Notes: generated by a model not told the origin, from the sequence alone. A stretch of 64,000 bases of DNA from Antechinus flavipes (GCF_016432865.1 NC_067400.1:624216001-624280000); one strand, 5' to 3'; shown: positions 12,104 through 25,030, counted from the first letter of the stretch. Made by a program: numbers and translations.

Positions 12104-14059
12104 ATGAGATCAGACCAAGCTATTCTTCAGACACAAACACTTAGGTTTCCTTGAAAATATGGGCTAGTGGAACGACTGGAGGGACTGGGAGTGGGGAGTA
12201 CTGATAAATTATTGTCCCTCGAGAAAGGGTGAGGGAAGAAAGGGAGAATAGAGGAGGGGGCTAACTCGCAAGGTCTTTTTAATTCCAGTCTCCTCTCTCT
12301 CTTGCATAGCCAACAGGACCCTTGAAGATCTCTATGATAGGCAGAGAGGTGGGCTGAGCAGGAGCACAGAATACTGGGAGGAAGGAGCCTGGAGTCCCAA
12401 GCGGCAAGAACAATCCAATAACTGTCGGGAAGCTACATCGATCCCTGGCGGAACTGTCTCCGGCTGTCTGACCCCAGCCCCCGACCTGAACCTCTCCTTA
12501 TCCCATCCAGCTGCTCTGCTCCGTCCAGACGTCATCAACTCAGAAATTAAAGCAGGCAGGCAGGGGGAGGGATCCTTGGAGTGGAGCCAAGGTCTCTCCT
12601 ATCTTTGGGCACATCTTCCCTGATTCTGATAGGACAATATTCACACCTTCGCCTATGTGTGTCCACATCTCCCACCCTGGAGTCTATCTCCTTCCTGTGC
12701 GTGTCTTTGTGCTTTATTCCTAAATCATCCATCAGTTGTACATCTGGCCTTCAGAGACCCACTTCCTGAGACCTTTTCCCTCTCCTTGCCCATACCTCGC
12801 ACCTTTCGGACACTCTGTCTCGGTCCACACAATTGTGCCCATTTCCTTATCGTCCCCGTCTCTCCATCTGTCTCACATGGCTCTGCCCTCATCTGCCATG
12901 TCTGACTCCCTTCTCTGTGCTCATCCTGGCCCCGCTGCACCCATCTCTGCCTCTCCCCCAGCTCTCTCCTCCACCTGTCTTTCCTGTTTCTCTCCTACAA
13001 AACAAACCTTTCAATCTTTGTCTCTCACTTATGACTGTCTTTACCCACCCCATCCTCTCATCTGTCTCTGTGCACACTCAGAATCACAGAAAATTACAAT
13101 TGGAGCTCAGCAAGTTAGGCCGAGCAGAGGACAAGGACAGCCTTCATTTTTGTCCTTCTGTCCTTAGTGACTAGAACAGTGTCCACTATACCTCTAATGA
13201 GGGGGCACCCACTACTTCCAGACGTGGCCCATTCCATATTTGGGTAGCTCAAATCGTTGGGAAATGTTCCCTAAGATTAAACCTAAGCCCGAGTCTCAGT
13301 AACTTCCATTTATTCTTACTAGTTTTGCCCTCTGTGGCTACCCTCAAGGCTAATTATTCCTTTAATGGCTATTTGGTGCCCTGTAATTCTTTTACAGGTT
13401 AACCATCTCTGGTGCCTTCACAAAACAGTTCTCTCTTATACTAGCGTTGCTCCTGATAAATGAACAGAACAAGATGCTCCAGATGTAGTACAGCTGGGAT
13501 GGGGGCCATGGGATCACCATTTCCCTAGACCCGGACACTGTGCTTTTCAAGGGACCTGAAGATCCCATTCACTTTTGTGGCTGTCATCACAGGAATTCTT
13601 ATTGAAAATGGGGCTTTCTCCAAGCCCCGGATCTTCTGCAGGTGAACCTCTGTGGAGCTTCGTCTTCCATCTCGCAAACTTGCTCACTTTCTGACCTTGA
13701 TCCGACATTATCCCTGCATAATTCCCAGCTGGCATGACTTCTGGGATCTTGGTTTGACACTCTGGATCACCCTTTCCTGCAGTGGGCGTCCCGGAGAGCC
13801 TCATGGAGACTCTTCCGATTGGTCTGGTGACTCCTCAGGCCCCTTTTTGAGTGCTAGGTTGGAGGAGAAAACCTGATCTCCAATTCCAGCTCTGTGGCTT
13901 CTGTGTGCGTGGGCAAGCCTTGGTTGGGGGTGGGGGTGGATTAGGTAATCTGTAAGATATCTTCCAGTTTTAAATCAGTGACTATTATTCATGTCTGTCT
14001 TCTTCACCGCTGTACCCCAAGGCTCTTCTCCCACCCTAACTCTCTTCTCTTTTCTGTGC

Positions 14060-15215
14060 TTTCTCACTTGGTGACATCATCTTTCATGGGTTTAATTCTA
14101 GCAGATGACTCCCTGAGCTGTGTATGAGAACTGTCTCCAATTACTCGGCTTTGGCTGCACGGGGTGTCTGGTAGGCACTGAAGATGCAACACGTGCAAAA
14201 CAGACCTCCTTCCCCCAAACCCAGCCCTCTTCCCAGCTGCCCTATTTTTACTGAAAGCATCACCATCCTTCCAGTCACCCAGGTTCCCAACCTTGGAGTC
14301 CCTCTCAGCTCTTTCTTCTCTCACTCCCACATAACCAATCAATCGCAAATGTTTCTCCCATCTTTGCAGCATTTTTCCCATCTGTGCCTTCCTCTATCAC
14401 ACAGCCCCCACCCTCCTTCAGGCCTCAGCCTCTCTTGCCAAGACTTTCTCCTTAGTCTCCTAATTGATCTCTCCCACTTCAAGTCTCTCCCTCTTCAGTC
14501 TCTATTCTACACAGCGGCCAAAGATATCTTCCTAATATGCAGGTCGCTCCTGCACTAAACAAATTCCAAAGGCTATTTATTGCCTTTAGGATCAAATATC
14601 ACAGGGTCATGGAATTGGAGATTTGGAAGAGCCAGCTCAGCTTGGATGCTGGTGAGTGCACGTAAACTCTTTGTTTTGCTTTTAAAGCCGTCACCAGCCA
14701 GCTTCAACCTACCTTTCCAATCCTGCTATATATAATTTATGTACAACAGGGAACTCTGAGGTCCAGAAAAACCAGGCTTCTCGGTGTTCCTCACATAAAA
14801 CCTTCCATTTCTAGTCTCAGTGCCTTTGAACTGTCCGGAACCCACGTCTTCATTTCTCTCTTAAAATCCCATATTGGGAAGGTACAGTGAATAGAGCATC
14901 ACTTCTTGAAGGCAGGAAGATCTGAGTTCAAATCTAGCCTCACTTACTACCTGCATGACCTGAGCAAGTCACTTAACCCCAATTGCCTCCAAAAAAATTT
15001 AAATCCTATTCTCTTCAAAATTCAATCCAAGCCAGTATCTTCTATGGGAAACTTCACTTCTCTGATCATTCCACATCTGCTAATTTGTATATTTATATGT
15101 GTACACGGCGTCTCCGCCTCCCACCAAACGAAGTTCCACGAGGATGGTGACTTTTTTTATTTTTGTATCCAAAGCACTTAGCCATTGTGTCTGGTACAGA
15201 GCAAGTACTGAATAA
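14060..15215 (+). mobile_element. L2 fragments interrupted by a WSINE1/MIR-core SINE (~14880-15000)
   Basis: The SINE core is ctgagttcaaatctagcctca...gcaagtcacttaaccccaattgcctcc followed by an A tail. An L2-type 3' end lies at about 15160-15215. Confidence 0.65.
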
Positions 15216-15219
15216 AGCT

Positions 15220-15900
15220 TTTCGATTTTCATCCACTGTGTTTGCAGCTTTTCCCAACTTTGTTTCATCTGCAAATCTAATAGTCATTTATGTCTTTAGC
15301 CAAGTCATTAATAAAAATGTTCTCTAGAATAACTCATGCCTGTTGTCTGGGAGTGTTCTGAAAACCTTGCAGTCCGGGACAGTCTAGCCCACATCTCTTC
15401 ATGTAATCAGGGGCATGAAAGACTGTAATCTTAGTGAATTTCTTCGCTGTATTCCTCAAATTTACTTAGGATAACTTGGTCAAAGGAGGAAATAAGAATA
15501 AGCCTGGCATGAAATATTCTTGAGCAGGCCATGAAGCTCTGTCACCACTGCTTCCTGTTCAGTACATTTAACAAATCCTTCAATAAGAGATTATAGAATC
15601 TGGACAGGAGTTAAAGTCAAGCTCACTGGCCATTTTCTGCCTGTGTTGGGAATGGGGATGCTTGCCCTTCTCCGGTCCCCTCCATCCGGCCTGGGAGCCA
15701 GCATTCATGTTTATTGTACATGTGGTTCTTGTGGCATTCTGGGATAGTGCTTGTCTGCACCAGTGACTTGGAATTCACTCATCAAAGGCTACTCGGCATT
15801 CTCGCCATCTCCTTTTCTTAGCTTGGATTTCAATAGACTATTAGCCAATTTTGCATGTCAAGATTTTCTCTTTCACGGGGCAAATAGAACAAAAAGTTTA
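15220..15900 (-). mobile_element. L3/CR1 LINE reverse transcriptase fragment
   Basis: The minus frame reads IRFADETKLG, the CR1 KFADDTKLG motif. Confidence 0.7.
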
Positions 15901-17639
15901 AAAATGGAGAAACTTCCCCACACACAGCCCAGCCCCCTTTTCGTGCATTATCAGTATTGCGATGAGCAGTGACCTCCCTCCTTCCTCGCTCCTCCGCTAG
16001 GCAGAAAGCCCTTCTCCTCTGCTCCCTCTCAAACAATTTTGTCTCCATCTTTGGTGTTTCCTCTGCATCTCCAGAATTTCCTCCTGGGAGCCAGCCTGGG
16101 CCATCCTTGGAGCCATTTTTGATCTACCCTTTCCAATCCGGAGCGCCAGCCCCTAGCTCGCTTTCTCCGCTATCACAAATTCTGAGATGGCACAGGGACT
16201 TGCCCGGCCCCTCCCCAAGACCGCTGGGATTTCTGCTCCACTTTGGGAGGGTCGCTTCCAGGACAACCCTTCCTTTCTGCTCCCACTTTGCCACTTGGCA
16301 GAGAGACTTCCTGAGCCATTAACCCTCTTCTCCGGGTATGGAGGGCCGGGAAGGACTCCCCAGAACGCAGCCCAAGGTTTGGGGGTGCCCCCTGAGGGCC
16401 CAGGCTTGCTGATGCCCAGGCTAGTTCTCGGTCTGAGCGGTGCCCTCCTGCTAGAGGCTGAGAGGGGTCACCCACGGACAGTCACCTCTCTTCCTCCATG
16501 AAGGAACACCAAGGCCGGGCCGGGACCCAGCCCGGGACACTCTAAGTCTTCCCCACTGAAGCTTTCCGGGGTCCCCCTGCGGTCTCCCCACCAGCAATGT
16601 GGCCTTCCACCTTGGGGCCCACCCCCAGGATGCTGCCCTGACACACACGCCAGCTCTCGGCTGGCAGCTGAACCCCACAAAATCCCTTGCCTTGGCTCAC
16701 TCCCCAGATTCATCCCTTAAGGACGTCTTCCTGAGACTCATTAGAGGCCATTTCTTCTGAATTTACATGCCAGGCAACTGAGGCCAAGAGAAGGTAACCT
16801 CTCACCTAAGAGTAAAAACGTTTCATTTTTCTGGGAAGGGAATCGGGTCCAATGGAGTGAAGGTTTGGGCCCAAGGTGAAGGCTCCGAAGGGGGGCCCCC
16901 AGGCTGGGGCCATCCCCCCTGCCTTGAAGGGCCCTGCCCCAGGCCTTTGCCTTACCTGTGCCCGCTGCAGTGCCTGGCTCCCTGCCAGGCTCCTCTTTAT
17001 CACCGGGCCCACCTTGTCTTGTCCTCCCTAGAAGGGTCCTCACTGGGGGCTGCTTCCTTCCCTCACTCTCCCTTTATTTGCTCTCTAGGGCCCAGCCCCA
17101 CCCCCCCAGTAAGCTGCCTCTCCCCACCAGTTCGTGCCTACCCAGTCCCCCATAGAAGGGCTTAGTTACCCACTTTCTGGCGTAGGGCTGGCGGGTCTGG
17201 GGGTTTGGCTGTGGGCCCCCTGGCTCTGCCTGACGTCCATGGAGGCCAAGGGGGGCCGGCTCAGGCGGTGGCTGCTGTTTCCCTGTAAGCAGAGAGAGGA
17301 CTGAGGCCTGAGCCGGCCCCGCCTGCCCCCCAACATTTTAATTACTGAGCCTAGATCCTTATCCAGAGCCTGTTCCCCTTCTCCCCCGATGCCCTGGGGC
17401 CTGGGTTGGGCTGCCTCACGGGGGCCACAGAGGCCTTTTACCCACAGGATTGGGGGTTCAGCTCCCCAGGACCTCCCTGAAGGATCTGGAGCCTGAGGGG
17501 GGCAGCTCTCAGAGTCTTTGGGACGTTCAGCAGCATTTTGGGCCATTTCTGACAAAGTTTGCCATTGGGGTCCTCTCTCTGACCAGCTCTGCCTGACAAG
17601 ATTGGCTGCAGGGCTTTACCAACACTATTGGGGTCCTTT

Positions 17640-19090
17640 ACAACAGGGCTAGCAGTCTCTCTGACAAGCTTGGGAGTCCTTACAGGTTTGGGAGGCCCTT
17701 TCTCACAGGGTTTGGGGGATCCTTTCTCACAGGGTTTAGGGGTCCTTTCTCACAGGGTTTGGGGACCTTCTCTGACAAGCTTGGGAGTCCTTACAGGTTT
17801 GGGAGGCCCTTTCTCACAGGGTTTTGGGGGTCCTTTCTCACAGGGTTTAGGGGTCCTTTCTCACAGGGCTTTTGGGGACCCTTTCTGACAAGGAGTCCTG
17901 AGAGGTTGGGCGGCCCTTTCTCACAGGGTTTTTGGGGATCCTTTCTCACAGTGTTTGGGGACCCTCTCTGACAAACTTGGGAGTCCTCCCTGACAGGTTT
18001 GGGTAGCTCTTTCACACAGGGTTTGGGGTTCCTTTCTCACAGGGTTTGGGGAGCCCTTTCTCACAGGGTTTGGGGAGCCCTTTCTCACAGGGTTTGGGGA
18101 GCCCTTTCTCACAGGGTTTAGGGGTCCTTTCTCACAGGGCTTTTGGGGACCCTTTCTGACAAGGAGTCCTGAGAGGTTGGGCGGCCCTTTCTCACAGGGT
18201 TTTTGGGGATCCTTTCTCACAGGGTTTGGGGACCCTCTCTGACAAACTTGGGAGTCCTCCCTGACAGGTTTGGGTAGCTCTTTCACACAGGGTTTGGGGT
18301 TCCTTTCTCACAGGGTTTGGGGAGCCCTTTCTCACAGGGTTTGGGGACCCTTTCTCACAGGGTTTAGGGGTCCTTTCTCACAGGGCTTTTGGGGACCCTT
18401 TCTGACAAGGAGTCCTGAGAGGTTGGGCGGCCCTTTCTCACAGGGTTTTTGGGGATCCTTTCTCACAGGGTTTTGGGGTTCCTTTCTCACAGTGTTTGGG
18501 GACCCTCTCTGACAAACTTGGGAGTCCTCCCTGACAGGTTTGGGTAGCTCTTTCACACAGGGTTTGGGGTTCCTTTCTCACAGGGTTTTGGGGGTCCTTT
18601 CTCACAGGTTTAGGGGTCCTTTCTCACAGGGTTTTGGGGGTCCTTTCTCACAGGATTTTAGGGGTCCTTTCTCACAGGGTTTGGGGGTCCTTTCTCACAG
18701 GGTTTGGGGGTCCTTTCTCACAGGATTTTAGGGGTCCTTTCTCACAGGGTTTTTGGGGGTCCTTTCTCACAGGGTTTTTGGGGCCCTTTCTCACAGGATT
18801 TGGGGAGCCCTTTCTCACAGGGTTTGGGGGTCCTTTCTCACAGGGTTTGGGGGATCCTTTCTCACAGGGTTTAGGGGTCCTTTCTCACAGGATTTGGGGG
18901 ATCCTTTCTCACAGGGTTTTTTGGGGTCCTTTCTCACAGGGTTTGGGGGTTCCTCTCTGACAACCTTGGGAGTTCTGACAGATTTGGGGGACCCTTTCTC
19001 AGTGTTTGGGGGGCTTTTCTCAAAGGGTTTGTTTCTCCCAGGGTTTGGGGGGTCCTTTCTCACAGGGTTTGGGGGCACTTTCTCACAGAT
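17640..19090. repeat. Minisatellite, ~23-bp unit cctttctcacagggtttgggg, with a ~270-bp higher-order repeat present three times
   Basis: About 40 copies of TTCTCACA counted by eye. Marker block gacaaggagtcctgagaggttgggcgg recurs near 17888, 18158 and 18404. Confidence 0.95.
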
Positions 19091-19099
19091 TTGGGGCTC

Positions 19100-20400
19100 C
19101 CTCTCTCCCGGGAGGTCTTAGGGTACCCGGCTCCCCTTCTCTCTGACAGTCACGGTGAAGAGCTCGCCCCTTGAAGTTTGGGCTTCGACAACTGGCGGGA
19201 AGCCGGGGGCCGGTGCCGGGCGCCGCGCCTTTTCCCGCCAGAATCAGCAGGCCTAGGGCGTAGAAGCGGCGGCCGTCGTGGGTACGCATGCGCCTTGCGT
19301 TCACTGTGGCCCTGCCCCTCGGGCGCCCCGCTCTCGAGGCAGGGCGCAGGCGCCGGACTAGAACAACCGTTGCCAAGGTATGCGCATGCGTCGCGGCCAA
19401 AGTTTCGCGTCTGCGCAGAGACCCTCCTCCCTCCCGGTCCTATTCCGGGGCGGGCGAGCGCTGAGCTGGGCGGTTTGCGGCAGTCCCTTTCATCACCCCT
19501 TCCCTCCCCCTCCCCCTCCCTCCAGCCGGGTCTTGGTGGGCCCCAGCCTTTCCAGGGATGCTTTAGAACGCGCCAGGGAGAGTCGGGGGAGGCTTGACTG
19601 CTACGCTCAGCCGCCCCCGAAGCAGGAGCAGCGGCCCCTCCCTCCAGGAGGTGGGGGCGGGGGGCTCCCTACTCTTGGGTACCCACGTTGCCCGGGGTCC
19701 TCCATGGAAAACCCAAGCGTTGAATAAAAGTCGCCACCACGCCCCCTTTAGCGAAGAGCTCAGGCACTCCCGATCTCCCCCGGGCGTCCTGGCTTTTCCC
19801 GATTCAGCCCAGATTGCCTCCGTAAGCCGCCCACTCCTCTCTGCAGCTCCCCAGAACGCCCGGGGGGAGCAGCTCCGTCCGCCGCCTTCTGCTCCCCGAG
19901 CCGCACGAGCTGGGGAAGGAAGCTGGGGTGCAGGGTGGGAGCGGTCCCGGGACGCCGAGCGCGCGCCCTCCGGAGCTCCCACAGGGCTGCCGGCGCCCCC
20001 CCCCCCCCCCCGGGACGTGGAGAGGCTCGCTTATGCCCCGCCCCCCAAACGGAGCGATGGAGAGTCCGCTTGGGGGCACCGAACCTCCGACTGCCGGGAG
20101 AGGCGCGCCCAGTGCCTCCAGGGCGCGGTTAAGCTTTCCATCTCTCCGGACAGCTGTGTTCTATTTTAGCCAACGGCTGAGCGAGGCAATTGTCCGCGGA
20201 AGAGCGGACCAGCTTGGCCCGGCACGGATCGGGAACGCGGGGGCGGGGCCCGCGGGAGGCCGCCGGCGGGGGCGGGGGGAGCTGCGGGAGCTAGCCGTGA
20301 GCAGCACCTGGCGGCCCAGCCTGTTCGGGCGCTCCCAACAGCCGCTCCCGGCCACCCCACCCCCGGCAGGCGGCAAACTCGTTCTGGGAAGGGACAAGAG
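19100..20400. promoter_or_regulatory. CpG island, probable KASH5 promoter
   Basis: CpG-dense. Motifs: E2F6-type GGCGGGAA at 19194-19201 and 19232-19239 (inverted), NRF1-like at 19283-19293 and 19381-19390, MYB-like CAACCGTTG at 19364-19372, RFX-like GTTGCCAAGGTAT at 19369-19381. It lies upstream of KASH5 on the minus strand. Confidence 0.65.
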
Positions 20401-20942
20401 GCTCCCAGCCTGGCTGTGCTGGAGCCGTGGCAGCTGGCCCACGGAAGATCCTCTCAAGATTCCGTGTCTACGGGGCTCCCTTTTGCAAGATTGGCAAAAC
20501 GCTTTTCCAGTTCGGTGACAGGGCACGTTTGGGAGAGACGCAGGGAAGGCAGGGGCCAGTCAGGGCTGAAAAACAAATGCCTTTTCCTCCTTTTGGCTCC
20601 TTTGGGTTACAACTTTCTAACCCTGAATCTATGGGGGGGAACGAATTTCCCATCAACACCAGACACAAACAAAAAACCAGGCTCTTAGAAAGGGGCCTCT
20701 CTGACTGGTGGTTTAAAGCCTGTGGCTCTTCTGGCATGACACCGGTACCAACGAGGAAACAAGCAGAAAGCACTGGGGGGAGGTGGAAGCCAAGTCTCCA
20801 TTCCTAAGCCCAGAGCTTTCTTTCCTGGTCTGCAGTGAGCCCGGGGAGAGACGCGGCACAGAGAAGCCACAAAGGAAAGCCTTGCGCAGTCAGAGCCTGG
20901 CCGCAGATGAAGCCTCGATGCCATTTTCATTGAGGACAGAAC

Positions 20943-20948
20943 TTTATT
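20943..20948 (-). terminator. DKKL1 polyadenylation signal
   Basis: AATAAA on - about 90 nt after the DKKL1 stop. Confidence 0.85.
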
Positions 20949-21039
20949 TATTTCCAAGGGGACTGAGGGACTGATGCAAGCATCCTCACCTCTCATCTCT
21001 GCTACTGCCCTCAGCCTGCCTCTCTGCCAACCCCGGGGC

Positions 21040-23030
21040 CTACAGCTGCCGGGGGGGCCTCAGGAGGTAGAGGAAATGGGCCCGGCGAGGCGCAGAGCGA
21101 AGGCGCAAGGGGACCTCCTCGTGGGCTCCCTCCCGAAGCCCATCCCGGATAGCCTGAAGCCGATGACGTTTCTCACTGAGCCAGCGGCTTCCAGCCCTGC
21201 TCTCGCCCCGGGCCAACTGATGGGGCAGCCTGACAATCCAGAAGGACACTTTGGGCTGGGTATCGCCGTGGAAGCCGCTCAGTCCAGTGCTAGGGAGAGT
21301 CTGGGATGGCTCATTCTCTTCGTCCTCGGGCACCTAGAATCACAGAACCACAAGGTCTCTGACTTCAAAGGGACTTCTCTACCTGAGCAGGAATCCTCCA
21401 AGACATCATCCTGAAAAATGGACACTGAGCCTTTGGCTGGAGACTTCCTGGCGCGGTGAACTCACTACCTTTGTGGCTAACTCTTAACTTCCTCCTTCCC
21501 TGTCCCCTTCTCCTGTCACCGACTGCTCCTGGGCCCACCAGCCAGCAGCATTCATGGCGAGAGGGCCCACGTTTCTTGGAAGCCTTGGCCTTGGACTTGA
21601 TCTCGCTTCACTCTTCCACAGGAAGAGGTCCCCTGTCCCTTTCCCTCCTGCCTCACTCCATTTCTTTCCGGCTCATCCCGGCTTACAGAAGCAAGGACAA
21701 AGGGGAAGAGCAGCAGGAACTTGTTTCTTGGTCTTGCTCTCCTGTGCTCAAAGGCAGCGGTTCAGTCCCCCCCAATCCCCGAGCCCCCGGCCCCCTTTCA
21801 TCCTCTTAATCCTTGGAAGGGTCCAACACTGAAATGTACTGGGCAATAGAAATGTCTCTGACCTTCCAGTCATCCTCCACATTCCCTTCTGAAGGCTCAA
21901 TTGCAGCCACCACCTTCTCTGAAATCATTACATCTCCGGTCCGATTATCCGTCACCTGTGTGGGTACGTGTAGAGTATTGGGGGACAGCAGAATGAACCC
22001 CACTCCCGGCACCGTCGAGTTTCTTTCTCAGCTGTTGCCGGTATTGGGGATGCGGCAAAGACAGAATCCAACAGATTTGGGCCAGAGATGGTTGGCTGAC
22101 TAGAGGCAGGGACATGGAACTGGGAGGCTGAGAAGGTCAAGGAGGCTGACCTTGTCTATCTGGTGGTGGCTGTAGACAGTGCTGTTACCCAAGTGGCGTT
22201 GTTTCTGGTCCTCATTATGGTAATTGGCTGGGAGGCTTCTAAAATCCACCGAAGGTGACATGAGGCTGTCCACACCCTGAAGCAGATCCTCCTGAGAGAG
22301 CCCCGGTCAAGCGGAAAGGAAGCCGGAAAGCCAACGGTGGGGAGGAAGGGAATCCAGAAAGGAATATGGGGAAGGGGTGTAAGCCACTCAATCCCTCATG
22401 AGCTCCTCCTCCCATGCTCCCTCTTCCAAACTCCGGCCTTTCTGCCGCCTCCCTACCCAGTCCTTCCTGTCTTCCCCCTCTCTCTATTTCTGAGCCTCAG
22501 GCCCTCGCTCCTCCCATCTCTATCTCCCTTCCCTACCGGCCCCAGTCTCCTTTGTATCATCGTTAAGTTTCTCCTGACCAAGTCATTTTTGTTCTGTGCC
22601 CCCTCTTCTCGCCTCCCACTTTTCGTCCTCCAGCCCCCATCGCTTTCCCTCATCCCTGCCTCATGATTTTGCCCAGCATCCCTCCAGACCCATGCCTTTG
22701 TCCTCCTGCTCCCCCGTCCCACCCTTCCCTCGGTTTCGGACCCTGTCAGAGCCGGCGCTTGTCGCCCGGCTGGCCGCTGGGCCGGGCTCTGTCCCCCTGC
22801 CGGCGGCCCCCAAGGCTCACCCGAAGCAGGAGGCGGTTGAGGCTGCGGAGGAGGCTGTGGATACCCAGCAGGCCCATGGAACCCAGCTCCGGGCCCTCGG
22901 AAGCGTCGGGACCCCCGGGGGCGTGGCTGTGTCCGTGGATACGCTCCGGGACGGAGACGGGAGCAGCTCGGTCCTCGGGGGTAGCTGCCAGGAGCAGGAG
23001 CAGCAGCAGCAGCGGGGGCTGCGGCCACAT
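21040..23030 (-). CDS. DKKL1: DKKL1 (soggy), about 245 aa secreted protein
   Basis: Exons: 22821-23030 (MWPQPPLLLLLLLLAA signal peptide...SLLRSLNRLLLR), 22151-22291 (DLLQGVDSL...NYHNE...LGNST...QIDK), 21863-21955 (VTDNRTGDVMISEKVVAAIEPSEG), 21040-21333 (FWIVRLP...WLSEKRHRLQAIRDGL...HFLYLLRPPRQL*). All junctions are phase 0 GT-AG. Confidence 0.95.
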
Positions 23031-23700
23031 GGCGGGGCGGGGCCTGAGCGTGGGACAGGGGCGGAGGTCAGAAGCCCCGCCTCCGCAAGCAGGCCCCCGC
23101 CCCTCCCCAGGCGAGACCCCTTCTCTTTCCCAACCGCGTATGTCTCCGGGGCCTCGGCCCCTCAAGTGCGAGCGGCCACACAGAGGCGGGCTGCCGACCG
23201 GGAGAACTGCCGCGTCCCGCACAACCGCTCCGGCCCGTGCCGCGCCTCGGGCCCCTCCCCGCCCCGGGGGTCTCAGAGAACTTGCTGCAGGGGACCCCGC
23301 GCTGGGCGCGAGATCTCGATCCCCCACCAGGGCTCGGCTCTGGGCTCTGTCGGGGGTTGGGGGGCGTCCTAAACAACGATGGAGCCCGATCGGACCGGAG
23401 CAGGCCCGGGCCGGCCCTTTAACATCAGGCCCTCCCGAATCTAGGCGCTCCCGCGTCCTCCTAACCCAAGGGCGCCCACCGGCCTCCCGGCCTCCAATCC
23501 AGAGCCTCCTAGAGCCAGATCCTCCAAGACCACCTCCCTGTGCCGCCCCCGCCAGGACCCAAGCTCCCCGGCCGCTGGTCCCGTTGCACCGAAGCCCAGT
23601 CCCTTTAGAGACCCAAGGATTGTGTCCAGCGGTCCGGACTCCCAGCTAGCCCCCCTGGGAGGAACTCGGAGGCCCTGGTCCGTTCCTCTCTCCGTACCCT
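22700..23700. promoter_or_regulatory. CpG island over the DKKL1 5' end (the DKKL1/TEAD2 head-to-head position in human)
   Basis: High CpG density and GC boxes. Position matches by synteny. Confidence 0.6.
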
Positions 23701-23787
23701 GTCACCTCCTGGCTCCGCTTTCTCAAGGACCCAGTCGGCCTGTCCCCCCAGGCCCTTGTCTCTCTCAGACCGGGTCTCCTTGCGCAG

Positions 23788-23919
23788 GTGCCGAAGACCG
23801 CTGACTGTGTGCTGAGGGCGCGAGGGAATGGGCACTGCCCCCACCCCACTGAACTGAGGTCACAAGAGGCCCCGGCTGTCACAGAGAAGGCTGGAACGCC
23901 CCCCACCCTTCATTCCTAA
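23788..23919 (+). pseudogene. Possible relic of the first TEA-domain exon of TEAD2
   Basis: After acceptor ccttgcgcag the frame reads ...RARGNGHCPHPTELRSQEAPAVTEKAG...*, weakly resembling TEAD [25 protein letters not shown]. Strand and position are as expected, but the similarity is marginal. Confidence 0.2.
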
Positions 23920-24179
23920 AAGGGCCCCCACCACTCAGAGAGCGGCTAACTCTTTTCTGATCCTGGAAGGATGCTGTGCCTGAGAGACAGCTTACACAAA
24001 GGGGTAGAGAGCCCGAGTCAGGAAGACCTCGAGTCCCAAAGCTGACCCCCACACATCCTGACTGTGTGACCCTGAACAAGTCATTTACCTCTCAGTACTC
24101 TAGAACAGGGTTTTTTAAGCTTTTTTTCCCCAAGTTTTTGCTGACTCCCGGTATGCAGGTATAAAAAAATAGGTATATA

Positions 24180-25030
24180 CATCAAACATTACTGATTATA
24201 AGATCCCATGTGAGGTGCAGAATCACTCTTTAATAAGAAGCTGGGCTCTAGAGGACTGTAGAACCTCACTTTAAGGTACTGGGATTTAGACAACTCTAGA
24301 ACCGTATTTAAGATGCTGGGATTTTGGATGACTCTAGAACCTTGTTTTAAGCTGGGCTCTAGATGACTTTAGAACCTGGCTTCTCTAGGAAGCTGGTATC
24401 TAGAGGACTCTAGAACCCAACTTCTCTAGGAAGCTGGTATCTATATAACTAGAACCTCACTTCTCTAAAAAGCTGGGATTTAGACAACTCTGGGACCTCA
24501 CTTTAAGAAGCTGGGATTTAGATGGTTCTAGAACCTCACTTCTCTCTCTTTTTTTTTAAATAACTTTTTATTGACAGAACACATGCCAGGGTCATTTTTT
24601 ACAGCATTATCCCTTGCACTCACTTCTGTTCCGATTTTTCCCCTCCCTCCCTCCACCCCTTCCCCCAGATGGCAAGCAGTCCTTTACATGTTAAATAGGT
24701 CACAGTATATCCTAGATACAATATACGTGTGCAGAACCGAACAGTTCTCTTGTTGCACAGGGAGAATTGGATTCAGAAGGTAGAAATAACCCGGGAAGAA
24801 AAACAAAAATGCAAGCAGTTTATATTCATTTCCCAGTGTTTTTTCTCTGGGTGTAGCTGCTTCTGTCCATCTTTGATCAATTAAAGCTCTCTTTATCGAA
24901 GAGATCCACTTCCATCAGAATACATCCTCAAACAGTATCGTTGTTGAGGTATATAATGATCTCCTGGTAGAACCTCGCTTCTCTAAGAAGCTGGGATCTA
25001 GATGACTCTGGGATCTCACTTGAAGAAGCT
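24180..25030. repeat. ~39-bp tandem repeat (ctagaacctcacttctctaagaagctgggatttagatgact) interrupted by an L1
   Basis: Units are visible at 24180-24545 and 24968-25030. Confidence 0.8.
24546..24967 (-). mobile_element. 5'-truncated dasyurid-type L1 3' end
   Basis: T-run followed by the L1 3' UTR (cccttgcactcacttctgttccg...ccccagatggcaagcagtcc). Flanked by tagaacctc(a/g)cttctct at 24529-24545 and 24968-24984, consistent with a target site duplication. Confidence 0.85.

Noticed and set aside
17640-19090. Repeat arrays as CRISPR loci
   Set aside because: This is a mammalian genome with head-to-tail units, no unique spacers and no cas genes. The same applies to all other arrays.
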